Source of the DNA: Clostridia bacterium
GTDB lineage: Bacteria > Bacillota > Clostridia > RUG12999
Direction: 5' to 3'
Assembly: GCA_017467445.1 (NCBI GenBank)
Contig: JAFTSG010000005.1
Coordinates: 12,112-76,111 of the forward strand
Length of the DNA: 64,000 nucleotides
In this document: positions 18,729-27,560 of the stretch, one piece after another
Position numbering within the stretch: position 1 is the first letter of the stretch
Layout: each line of letters opens with the position of its first letter
Notes under the pieces: generated by a model
Database searches by the model: none
Told to the model about the DNA's origin: nothing
Seen by the model: the letters and a program-made list of their open reading frames with translations, nothing else
Program-made: the position numbers and the translations under genes

Positions 18729-19993
18729 TGGATAAAAGGTTTATAAAATCCGCCGATGAAACACTTTATACTTATACACATTCAAGCGGCGCAAAAATAT
18801 ATATGGTGCAAAAGAAAGGCTCCAGCAAATCCGCAGCATATTTCACAACGCATTTCGGGTCAATTGACAACTGTTTTATTCCTTTCGGGGAAACGGAATA
18901 TATATACGTACCCGACGGTGTTGCACATTTTCTTGAACACAAAATGTTTGAAATGCCCGATGAGTCCAATATTTTTGATTTGTTCAGCAAATACGGTGCA
19001 TCCGCAAATGCATATACATCATTCAATATGACATCGTATTATTTCTGGTGTACGGACTATTTTAAAGAAAACTTAAAAACTCTTGTAACTTTTGTACAGA
19101 CACCACATTTTACGGAAGAAAACGTTGCCAAGGAACAGGGTATTATCGGTCAGGAAATCCGTATGTACGATGATGCTCCCACATGGAGATGCTATTTCAA
19201 TATGCTTTCGTGTATGTACGAAAAAAATCCCGTTTCAAGAGATATTGCAGGAACGGTAGAGTCCATATCCGAAATAGATAAAGATGTGCTTTACAAATGC
19301 TATAACACGTTCTATCATCCGTCCAATATGACGCTTTGTCTTGTTGGTGATTTTGACCCCGAGGATATGAAAAATTATCTTGACGAAATTTTAAAACCGC
19401 TTCCGAACGAGGATGACATAAAGCGCAAATCCGAAACCGACGGTGCGGCAGTAATCTGCCGCGAAAAATGCGCCGAAATGAGCGTTTCAAGACCGATTTA
19501 TGCAATCGGGTTTAAAGATAATTTCTGCAGCGGTAATATCTTAAAACGCCGCGTTGCCGTACAGATTGCGCTTAATCTTCTTATCGGCAAAAGCTCATGT
19601 CTTTATAATGAGCTTTACGAAAGCGGACATATTTCTCCCGAATTCGGGTTTGATTATACAGGCGAAGAGTCTTATGCATTTACGGAAATTGCCGACGAAT
19701 GTGATAACCCATCTTACGTTGCCGATAAAATCAAAGCGGCAATACAGAGTTTTAAAGTTTCGGATGAGGATTTTGAACGCATAAGAAGAAAGCTTTTCGG
19801 TAAAAAGCTTTACGCCTTCAATGACCCCGACAACTATGCAGGTGCGCTTGCACGAAACACAGTTCTCGGACTTGATATGTACGAAACTCTAGACCTCTTT
19901 AAAACCGTTACGCGAGCAGACGTTGAAGATGTGTTTAAAACTCATCTTTCAGAAGAAAATATGGTTATCTCTATTGTTAATCCCTTACATTGA
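18728..19993 (+). CDS. M16 peptidase, catalytic subunit (YmfH-like)
   Basis: PDGVAHFLEHKMF, NAYTS, EQGIIGQEI. Confidence 0.9.
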   Translation: MDKRFIKSADETLYTYTHSSGAKIYMVQKKGSSKSAAYFTTHFGSIDNCFIPFGETEYIYVPDGVAHFLEHKMFEMPDESNIFDLFSKYGASANAYTSFNMTSYYFWCTDYFKENLKTLVTFVQTPHFTEENVAKEQGIIGQEIRMYDDAPTWRCYFNMLSCMYEKNPVSRDIAGTVESISEIDKDVLYKCYNTFYHPSNMTLCLVGDFDPEDMKNYLDEILKPLPNEDDIKRKSETDGAAVICREKCAEMSVSRPIYAIGFKDNFCSGNILKRRVAVQIALNLLIGKSSCLYNELYESGHISPEFGFDYTGEESYAFTEIADECDNPSYVADKIKAAIQSFKVSDEDFERIRRKLFGKKLYAFNDPDNYAGALARNTVLGLDMYETLDLFKTVTRADVEDVFKTHLSEENMVISIVNPLH

Positions 19994-20018
19994 CATAAAA
20001 CATAAAATGTGATATACT
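19990..20018 (+). promoter_or_regulatory. Sigma-A promoter of the TM1266-hydEGF operon
   Basis: TTGACA-17-TATACT with TGn extension. Confidence 0.7.
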
Positions 20019-20045
20019 TTCATTAATAAAAGTAAGGAGCATTTT

Positions 20046-20291
20046 ATGGACACCAGAGTAGCTGTAATCAGCATTATTGTGGAAAACCCCGATGCCACAA
20101 CACCGCTTAACGCACTTCTTCACGAATACAGTAAGTGGGTTATAGGCAGAATGGGAATTCCCTACCGCGAAAAGAATATCAGCATTATCTGCATAGCTGT
20201 TGATGCACCGCAGGATGTAATCAACACCCTGACAGGCGGCATCGGCAAACTTGACGGCGTTTCTGCAAAGGCTGCATATTCAAAAAAATAA
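20046..20291 (+). CDS. TM1266-family putative iron-only hydrogenase system regulator (ACT-like)
   Basis: TRVAVISIIV..LNALLHEY..IGRMGIPY..INTLTGGIGKL; directly upstream of hydE. Confidence 0.88.
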   Translation: MDTRVAVISIIVENPDATTPLNALLHEYSKWVIGRMGIPYREKNISIICIAVDAPQDVINTLTGGIGKLDGVSAKAAYSKK

Positions 20292-20390
20292 ATTTAATAT
20301 CCACGTTTCCCTGACGCTGAAAGGTAACCTTAACAATCAACACTAAAGGCTGTCTTAAAGCGAAAGATGAAATAGTATTACGGCATTTTT

Positions 20391-20425
20391 GCGCATCTTT
20401 TCTTCGGGGAAAGGTGCGCTTTTTT
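20391..20425 (+). terminator. Terminator-like hairpin that also covers the hydE ribosome-binding site
   Basis: GCGCATCTTTTC-TTCG-GGGAAAGGTGCGC followed by TTTTTT, ending just before the hydE ATG at 20428. Confidence 0.65.
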
Positions 20426-20427
20426 GT

Positions 20428-21501
20428 ATGCTTATGAATGATTTAAAAAAACTTATAGACGCCCTTTATAACGGGCAAAAATTAACCGAAAGTGAATTTC
20501 GGAGTTTAATAGACAATACTGACTTTGCTCCCTATGCGGCAGAAAAAGCAGTAGAAATAAGACAAAGGTACTACGGTAATTCCGTATATATCCGTGGGCT
20601 TATTGAAATAAGTAATTTCTGTAAAAACGACTGTCTTTACTGCGGAATAAGAAAAAGCAACCGCACCTGCGAGAGATACCGACTTTCCAAGGAAGAAATC
20701 CTCTCCTGCTGCGATGAGGGGTACCCCCTTGGTTTTCGTACATTTGTAATGCAGGGCGGCGAGGATATGTATTATACGGACGATATGCTTTGCGACATTA
20801 TCCGCAGTATAAAAGAAAAATATCCCGACTGTGCGGTAACTCTGTCGCTTGGCGAACGTTCCCACGAAAGCTATAAACGCCTTAAAGATGCAGGTGCAGA
20901 CAGGTATTTACTGCGCCACGAAACCGCAGATAAAGGGCATTACGAAAAGCTTCATCCGAAAAACTTATCATTTGAAAACCGAATGGAATGCCTTAAAACC
21001 TTAAGAAACCTCGGGTTTCAGGTGGGATGCGGATTTATGGTAGGCTCGCCTTATCAGACATCGGCAGAAATTGCAAAGGATTTAGTATTCTTACAGGAAT
21101 TTCATCCTGAAATGTGCGGTATAGGTCCGTTTATTCCGCACAGCGCAACGCCGTTTAAAGATTATGCGGCAGGCTCACTTGACCTGACGTGCTACCTGTT
21201 ATCACTTGTGCGGCTTATTCTCCCCACCGTTCTTTTGCCGTCAACAACGGCGCTCGGCTCTATCCATCCGAAAGGACGCGAAATGGGAATTCTTTCAGGG
21301 GCAAACGTTGTTATGCCCAACCTCTCCCCTTTTGATAATCGGGAAAAGTATATGCTTTATAATAATAAACTGTCGTCGGGCAGCGAATCGGCTGGGAATT
21401 TAATTGAGCTTAAAGAAAAAATGAACTCCATCGGCTACGAAATAGTAATAAGCCGAGGAGATTGGGACACCACAAGGTTTAAAACCATAAATTTTGCGTA
21501 A
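20428..21501 (+). CDS. hydE: [FeFe]-hydrogenase maturase HydE (radical SAM)
   Basis: RGLIEISNFCKNDCLYC, RYLLRHET, GPFIPH, GANVVMPN, YMLYNNK; in operon with hydG and hydF. Confidence 0.92.
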   Translation: MLMNDLKKLIDALYNGQKLTESEFRSLIDNTDFAPYAAEKAVEIRQRYYGNSVYIRGLIEISNFCKNDCLYCGIRKSNRTCERYRLSKEEILSCCDEGYPLGFRTFVMQGGEDMYYTDDMLCDIIRSIKEKYPDCAVTLSLGERSHESYKRLKDAGADRYLLRHETADKGHYEKLHPKNLSFENRMECLKTLRNLGFQVGCGFMVGSPYQTSAEIAKDLVFLQEFHPEMCGIGPFIPHSATPFKDYAAGSLDLTCYLLSLVRLILPTVLLPSTTALGSIHPKGREMGILSGANVVMPNLSPFDNREKYMLYNNKLSSGSESAGNLIELKEKMNSIGYEIVISRGDWDTTRFKTINFA

Positions 21502-21737
21502 TACTGCAGAAAATTCTGCAAATATACGCCGGTATACTTTTTGAATTTTCTTTGTATTCCATCAAAATTTAAAGGTTTTAAACTCTTCGACCTTAAACGC
21601 AGGAAAATTTTATATAATTGGAATGCGGAGGACGAAGCAAGGCTGACGCCTTGTGAGGACGACAAATTGCAAGAATAAAAATTTAACAAGTTTAAGGCTT
21701 ATGGGGTTCCACTCTCCTCGGCTTCAGCCGAGGAGAT
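21451..21737 (+). mobile_element. MITE-like 275-bp insertion in the hydE 3' end
   Basis: 12-bp direct repeat AGCCGAGGAGAT (21451-21462 and 21726-21737); inverted TCTCCTCGGCTT at 21713-21724; long internal hairpin; partial copy at 14061. Confidence 0.7.
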
Positions 21738-21762
21738 GCTATATAACGAAAGGACGATACTT

Positions 21763-23211
21763 ATGGCAATTTATAACCCAAAATCATCAGTGGCTGAAGA
21801 GTTTATCAATAACGAAGAAATTCTTGAAACTCTGGCTTACGCCGAAGAAAACAAAAATAACATAGAGCTTATTGATGCTCTTCTTGAAAAAGCAAGACCT
21901 AAAAAGGTAGGCAACGAAGTTCGCTGCAGCGGTCTTACCCACAGAGAAGCGTCTGTTCTTCTCGCTTGTGAAATCCCTGAAAAAATAGAGGAGATTTACA
22001 AAATTGCGGAAGAAATCAAGCTTGCATTCTACGGCAACCGTATAGTAATGTTTGCGCCGCTTTATCTTTCCAACTACTGCGTAAATGGATGCGTATACTG
22101 TCCGTATCATTACTGCAATAAACATATTGCACGTAAAAAGCTTTCGCAGGAGGAAATTGAAAAAGAGGTTATTGCACTTCAGGATATGGGCCATAAACGT
22201 CTTGCAATTGAAGCAGGCGAAGACCCGCAGAATAACCCTATTGAATATATCCTTGATTCTATTAAAACCATTTACGGAATTCACCATAAAAACGGTGCAA
22301 TCCGTCGTGTTAACGTTAATATTGCGGCAACCACGGTTGAAAACTACCGCAAACTGAAAGAAGCGGAAATAGGCACATATATTCTTTTCCAGGAAACATA
22401 CCATAAGGAAAGCTATCTTGCTCTTCACCCGACAGGACCGAAACACAACTACGAATATCATACCGAAGCAATGGACCGCGCTATGGAGGGCGGCATTGAT
22501 GATGTTGGTCTCGGCGTTCTTTTCGGGCTTGAGCTTTACAAATATGAATTTGCGGGACTTCTTATGCACGCCGAACACCTTGAATCAAAATTCGGTGTCG
22601 GTCCGCATACAATCAGTGTGCCACGACTTAAACGTGCCGATGATATTGACCCCGACCAGTTTGACAATGGTATTGATGACGAAACATTCCTTAAAATTAT
22701 TGCTTGTATCCGTCTTGCAGTGCCGTATACGGGAATGATTATTTCCACCCGTGAAACGCAGGAAGTTCGTGAAAAAGCGCTTAAAGTCGGCATTTCACAG
22801 ATAAGCGGCGCATCACGCACATCCGTTGGCGGATATACGGAAGAAGAGCGTCCGCACGATTCCGAGCAGTTTGACGTATCCGACCAGCGCACACTTGACG
22901 AAGTGGTAAAATGGCTTATGGAAATGGACCATCTTCCGTCATTCTGTACGGCATGCTACTGCGAAGGCAGAACAGGCGACAGATTTATGAGCCTTTGCAA
23001 ATCAGGACAGATTCTTAACTGTTGTCACCCGAACGCACTTATGACACTGACCGAGTTTCTTATGGACTATGCTACAGAGGAAACCAAAAAAGTCGGGTTT
23101 GAAATGATTGAGCGTGAAATAGAAAAGGTGCCTAACGAAAAGGCACGCGAAATTGCAAAGAAAAATATTGAGGATATAAAAACCTCAAACCGCCGCAATT
23201 TCAGATTTTAG
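21763..23211 (+). CDS. hydG: [FeFe]-hydrogenase maturase HydG
   Basis: FAPLYLSNYCVNGCVYC, LFQETY, C-terminal CTACY..CHPNA. Confidence 0.95.
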   Translation: MAIYNPKSSVAEEFINNEEILETLAYAEENKNNIELIDALLEKARPKKVGNEVRCSGLTHREASVLLACEIPEKIEEIYKIAEEIKLAFYGNRIVMFAPLYLSNYCVNGCVYCPYHYCNKHIARKKLSQEEIEKEVIALQDMGHKRLAIEAGEDPQNNPIEYILDSIKTIYGIHHKNGAIRRVNVNIAATTVENYRKLKEAEIGTYILFQETYHKESYLALHPTGPKHNYEYHTEAMDRAMEGGIDDVGLGVLFGLELYKYEFAGLLMHAEHLESKFGVGPHTISVPRLKRADDIDPDQFDNGIDDETFLKIIACIRLAVPYTGMIISTRETQEVREKALKVGISQISGASRTSVGGYTEEERPHDSEQFDVSDQRTLDEVVKWLMEMDHLPSFCTACYCEGRTGDRFMSLCKSGQILNCCHPNALMTLTEFLMDYATEETKKVGFEMIEREIEKVPNEKAREIAKKNIEDIKTSNRRNFRF

Positions 23212-23219
23212 GAGGAACT

Positions 23220-24389
23220 ATGGGACTTAACGATACACCGTCGGCAAACAGACTTCATATAGGGTTTTTCGGGTGCAGAAACGCCGGAAAATCCAGTTTA
23301 GTCAATGCCGTTACCGGTCAGGAACTGGCAGTTGTTTCCGATGTTCTCGGCACAACCACCGACCCCGTTACAAAATCAATGGAGCTACTTCCCCTGGGAC
23401 CCGTGCTTATTATCGATACACCCGGTATTGATGACGAGGGAAACTTAGGTGAAAAGCGAATAGAAAAGACAAGGCAGATACTTTCTAAAACCGATATTGC
23501 CGTTCTTGTGGTTGATAGCAAAAAGGGACTCTCCCCTGCCGATATGGAGCTTATAGATATTTTCAAAGAAAAAAATATTCCGCACATTATAGCATATAAC
23601 AAATGCGATATGGCAGAACCGACTTTCGAAGACGGCATTTTTGTAAGTGCAAAAACGGGCGAAAACGTGGATACTCTTAAAGAAAAAATTGCCGCTCTTC
23701 GTCCGCTGGGTAATGAAAAGCGCATAATCGGCGACCTTATAAGTGCAGGCGATATCGTTGTTCTTGTTACACCTATCGATGAGTCCGCCCCCAAAGGCAG
23801 ACTTATCCTGCCACAGCAACAGACCATACGTGATATTTTAGACAGCGGTGCTATTGCGATTGTTACCAAGGAAACCGAACTTGAAGCGACTCTGTCCTCA
23901 CTTAAAAATCCACCGAAAATGGTTGTTACGGACTCTCAGGTGTTTGGCATTGTAAAAGAAATCCTTCCCCCTGATATGCCGCTTGTGTCTTTTTCAATCC
24001 TTATGGCAAGATATAAAGGTTTTCTTGAAACCGCGGTAGACGGAATAAAGGCAATTGATACCCTTAAAGACGGCGACACCATTTTAATAGCCGAAGGATG
24101 TACTCACCACCGTCAATGTAACGATATCGGCACTGTCAAAATCCCGAACTGGCTTTTAAAACATACAGGAAAAAACCTTAATTTCAAAACTGTAAGCGGA
24201 AATGATTTCCCCCACGATTTAAGTGGAATTTCCCTTATAATTCATTGTGGCGGATGTATGCTTAACGAACGCGAAATTGAAACAAGGCGCCAAAGCGCCG
24301 AAGAAAATGGTGTGCCGTTTACGAATTACGGCACTGTAATTGCCCACATAAACGGCATCCTTGACAGATCCTTAAATGCCATTACTTGA
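23220..24389 (+). CDS. hydF: [FeFe]-hydrogenase maturation GTPase HydF
   Basis: NAGKSS, GTTTDPV, PKGRLILPQ, EGCTHH, HCGGC. Confidence 0.96.
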   Translation: MGLNDTPSANRLHIGFFGCRNAGKSSLVNAVTGQELAVVSDVLGTTTDPVTKSMELLPLGPVLIIDTPGIDDEGNLGEKRIEKTRQILSKTDIAVLVVDSKKGLSPADMELIDIFKEKNIPHIIAYNKCDMAEPTFEDGIFVSAKTGENVDTLKEKIAALRPLGNEKRIIGDLISAGDIVVLVTPIDESAPKGRLILPQQQTIRDILDSGAIAIVTKETELEATLSSLKNPPKMVVTDSQVFGIVKEILPPDMPLVSFSILMARYKGFLETAVDGIKAIDTLKDGDTILIAEGCTHHRQCNDIGTVKIPNWLLKHTGKNLNFKTVSGNDFPHDLSGISLIIHCGGCMLNEREIETRRQSAEENGVPFTNYGTVIAHINGILDRSLNAIT

Positions 24390-24414
24390 CAAAATGTATA
24401 ATTTCGTATACAAT
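24386..24414 (+). promoter_or_regulatory. Sigma-A promoter
   Basis: TTGACA-17-TACAAT upstream of the CNNM/CBS gene. Confidence 0.65.
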
Positions 24415-24447
24415 ATATATACTTTATTATAGGAGTGTGGTTATATT

Positions 24448-25704
24448 TTGGACAGTAGTGATGTCTTAAGTATTATAGTTATTCTTATTCTTATCGGACT
24501 TTCCGCTTTCTTCTCGGCAAGCGAAACTGCAGCATCCTCCGCAAGCAGAGTAAGAATGAAATCCTATGCCGACGACGGCGATAAACGCGCAAAGCGTTCT
24601 TTATCACTTATTGAAAACTTTGATAAAACGCTGTCTTCTATTCTGGTTGGTAACAATATAGTTAATATTGCATCAACCTCTCTTGCAACCGCTTTATTTT
24701 TAAAGCTTAATCAGGAATACGGCGCACTTCTTTCAACTGTTGTTATGACGGTGCTTGTAATTACCTTCGGCGAAATTCTGCCGAAAAGCACAGCGAAAGA
24801 TAATGCTGATGATGCCATTATGGCGTTTTCCGGACCGCTTTCTTTTGTTTGCAAAATTTTAACCCCGATTTCATGGGTTTTCCGTGGGCTTAAACTTGCA
24901 ATTACAAAACCTGAAGACCCCGAAGATAAAAAGCCGAGCATCACGGAAGAAGAGCTTAAATACATCATTGAAGAAATTCAGGATGAAGGTGTTCTTGAAG
25001 AACAGGAAAGCGAGCTTGCACAAAGTGCTCTTGAATTTGACGAAATCCGCGTACACGAAGTATATATGCCAAGGGTTGACGTTGTAGCTGTTGATGTTAC
25101 TATGTCCCGTCAGGAAATTCAAAAGGTGTTTTTGGAAGAAAAATACACCCGTCTTCCTGTATACGAGGGAAATATTGATAACATCATCGGAATATTAAAC
25201 GAAAAAGATTTTCTTATTTCGGTAGTAAACGATGAATTTACAAATGTAAGAAATCTTATTAAACCTGCACTTTTTGTGCCGTATAATCTCAAAATTTCAA
25301 AGGCACTTGCAAAAATGCAGGCAGACAAAATACAGATGGCAGTTGTTACAGACCAGTACGGCGGCACAGCCGGAATTGTAACAATGGAAGACATTCTGGA
25401 AGAGCTTGTAGGCGAAATATACGACGAACACGACGACGTGCTTCAGCTTATTGAACCTATTGGCGAATTTACTTACCGTGTTAACGGAACAATGGATATT
25501 GAAGATATGCTTGAAGAAATCGGGTTTGAGGATGAAATTGAAAGCATCTACAATTCTGTAGGCGGCTGGGCATCCGAAATACTCGGTAAAATCCCCGAAA
25601 AAGGTGAAACCTTTGAATATGACGGTCTTAAAGTTACCATTGACGAGGTTGAGGATAACAGGGTTTCTTCGCTTATCGTTGAATATAATAATACAGTAGA
25701 ATAA
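24448..25704 (+). CDS. HlyC/CorC (CNNM-CBS-CorC) family membrane protein
   Basis: SAFFSASET, GEILPK, CBS pair (YTRLPVY, DQYGGTAGIVTMEDILEELVGEI). Confidence 0.92.
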   Translation: MDSSDVLSIIVILILIGLSAFFSASETAASSASRVRMKSYADDGDKRAKRSLSLIENFDKTLSSILVGNNIVNIASTSLATALFLKLNQEYGALLSTVVMTVLVITFGEILPKSTAKDNADDAIMAFSGPLSFVCKILTPISWVFRGLKLAITKPEDPEDKKPSITEEELKYIIEEIQDEGVLEEQESELAQSALEFDEIRVHEVYMPRVDVVAVDVTMSRQEIQKVFLEEKYTRLPVYEGNIDNIIGILNEKDFLISVVNDEFTNVRNLIKPALFVPYNLKISKALAKMQADKIQMAVVTDQYGGTAGIVTMEDILEELVGEIYDEHDDVLQLIEPIGEFTYRVNGTMDIEDMLEEIGFEDEIESIYNSVGGWASEILGKIPEKGETFEYDGLKVTIDEVEDNRVSSLIVEYNNTVE

Positions 25705-25709
25705 ATAAT

Positions 25710-26044
25710 ATGAGCATTTCGGGCAGTCGCGTGCCTTTTGGCACGAGGAAAGTCCGGGCTCCGCAGGGCAGGGTGCCGGATAACGTCCGGTGAAGGCGAC
25801 TTCAAGGAAAGTGCAACAGAAATATACCGCCATATTTATTATGGTAAGGATGGAAAGGCGAGGTAAGAGCTCACCGACCCTTTAGGTAACTATTGGGTCC
25901 TGTAAACCCCACCCGGAGCAACATCGTTAAGGGGAGTTAAGTTGGCCCGACAGTCCCCGGGTAGATGGCTTGAGCCATACAGTAATGTATGGCCTAGATA
26001 GATGATTGCCTGCAAAACAGAACCCGGCTTACAGATTTGCTCAT
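25710..26044 (+). ncRNA. rnpB: RNase P RNA, bacterial type A
   Basis: GAGGAAAGTCC, AGTGCAACAGAA, AACAGAACCCGGCTTA conserved regions; terminal pairing ATGAGCA/TGCTCAT. Confidence 0.97.
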
Positions 26045-26055
26045 TTAATTTAAAC

Positions 26056-26091
26056 AAAAATGCACTGACGTTTTAGTCAGTGCATTTTTTT
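26056..26091. terminator. Bidirectional intrinsic terminator
   Basis: AAAAATGCACTGAC..GTCAGTGCATTTTTTT between convergent rnpB and the desulfurase gene. Confidence 0.8.
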
Positions 26092-27194
26092 ATTGCATAT
26101 AAAAATTTGTCTATGTCCTTTTTGGTGTTAAAATATCCGGGCGATACGCGCACAGTGCCACATTCAAACGTTCCGAAAGATTTATGTGCCATCGGTGCAC
26201 AGTGAAGTCCGCATCTAACAGCAATACCGTACTGCTCGTCAAGTAAGGCACCCAAAGTTGCAGTATCCCTATTGTCTACATAAAAACTTAGTGCTGATGT
26301 AGTAGCGTTATTTTCGGGATAAAGCACGTTTACTCCCTGTATGTTCATAAGCCCATCCGACAAAATGCTTCGAAGATACCTCTCTTTTTCGTGGATATTT
26401 GAAGGTCCCTCGTTTAAAATAAACTTGGCTCCCTCATAAAGCCCTGCTATTGCCGGCATATTAAGAGTACCGCTTTCATATTTATCGGGCAAATCCTCCG
26501 GCTGGGTCATATTTTCGGAGGCTGACCCCGTACCGCCCGTCATAAGCGGCAAAGGATTTATATTTCCCGGAATAAAAAGTCCGCCTGTGCCTTGCGGTCC
26601 CATTGGTCCTTTATGACCTGCAAAGGCAAGCATAACCTGCCATTTGTCCGCACAAAGAGGTAACACCCCCGCGCTTTGCGATGCATCAATCAAGCACGGC
26701 ACTCCGCCCCTTTTGCACCACTCGGCGACATATGCTACATCATTTATAATTCCGCTTACATTTGACGCATGGTTTATAATTACCATATCGTAATCCGTCG
26801 GATTTAAAGTTTCAAGCATATGAACATCCACGCAGCCGTCTGCCCGTAAGGGTAAAAAGGTTATTTTGGCACCCTGCTGCGTAAGCGGACGCATAACGGA
26901 ATTATGTTCGGTGCCGGAACAGATAACGCGGCCTCCTGATTTAAGAACGCCTTTTATTGCCAGATTAAGTGCTTCCGTAGCATTTTTTGTAAACACAAGT
27001 TGCTGCGGATTATCCGAACCAATAAGGTTTGCCACAGCTTCGCGCGCCTGCCAAAGAAGTTCCGCACTGCCGAGAGCGGATTTGTATCCTCCCCGCCCGC
27101 AATTTGCGCCGCTTTTTGTCATATACTGCACTGCTGCGCGGATAACGGACGGCGGTTTTGGAAAAGTGGTTGCCGCATTATCAAGATATATCAT
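26073..27194 (-). CDS. Cysteine desulfurase-family aminotransferase class V
   Basis: IYLDNAATT, EHNSV, DASQ, GHK PLP lysine, RCGLHCAP. Confidence 0.9.
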   Translation of the reverse strand: MIYLDNAATTFPKPPSVIRAAVQYMTKSGANCGRGGYKSALGSAELLWQAREAVANLIGSDNPQQLVFTKNATEALNLAIKGVLKSGGRVICSGTEHNSVMRPLTQQGAKITFLPLRADGCVDVHMLETLNPTDYDMVIINHASNVSGIINDVAYVAEWCKRGGVPCLIDASQSAGVLPLCADKWQVMLAFAGHKGPMGPQGTGGLFIPGNINPLPLMTGGTGSASENMTQPEDLPDKYESGTLNMPAIAGLYEGAKFILNEGPSNIHEKERYLRSILSDGLMNIQGVNVLYPENNATTSALSFYVDNRDTATLGALLDEQYGIAVRCGLHCAPMAHKSFGTFECGTVRVSPGYFNTKKDIDKFLYAIKKCTD

Positions 27195-27421
27195 TCCTGC
27201 CTCCAATTATATATTCCCTTTATTTTAACATTAAGACTATCTGCAATTTCAAGTGCTTTTTCCCTGCACTCTTCCGATGTTACTATACAGTAGCTGCAAC
27301 CGCCCTCTGAATATTCCTTGGGAGTTTGCATGGTTTTTGCCTTGCATCCCCCGTTTATAAGAAGTTTTTTGACTCTTACAGCAGTTGTGGCGGATGCAAA
27401 TACTACCAGAATTTCGTTCAT
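27191..27421 (-). CDS. DUF3343-like small protein
   Basis: VFASATTA..TPKEYSEGGCSYC; GGGAG RBS; ATGA overlap with the desulfurase gene. Confidence 0.75.
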   Translation of the reverse strand: MNEILVVFASATTAVRVKKLLINGGCKAKTMQTPKEYSEGGCSYCIVTSEECREKALEIADSLNVKIKGIYNWRQE

Positions 27422-27560
27422 ATATACATCTCCCAATAAGCTACTTGCCCGCCATATAAACAGGCACACTATATAATATTGCAAATTACGCGTTTTTGTG
27501 ACATTTCCTGCTTGTATAACACATTTGTTTATGATATACTTTTTTATAGAGGGTGATTTT

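Noticed and set aside
20292-20390. T-box or SAM riboswitch before hydE (GCTGAAAG resembles a T-box stem I motif)
   Set aside because: There is no GGTGGNACC T-box sequence or SAM-I core, so it is kept only as an unclassified attenuator candidate.
21435-21865. Short ORFs in the hydE-hydG spacer
   Set aside because: They arise from the MITE-like insertion and show no transposase motifs.
22940-22975. Extra Cys in the HydG C-terminal motif (CTACYCEG, where Arg is usual as I recall)
   Set aside because: It is a single-base difference that cannot be distinguished from a neutral variant or sequencing error.
25297-25833. Minus-strand ORFs overlapping rnpB and the CBS gene
   Set aside because: They are antisense shadows of a real gene and an RNA, with no recognisable motifs.
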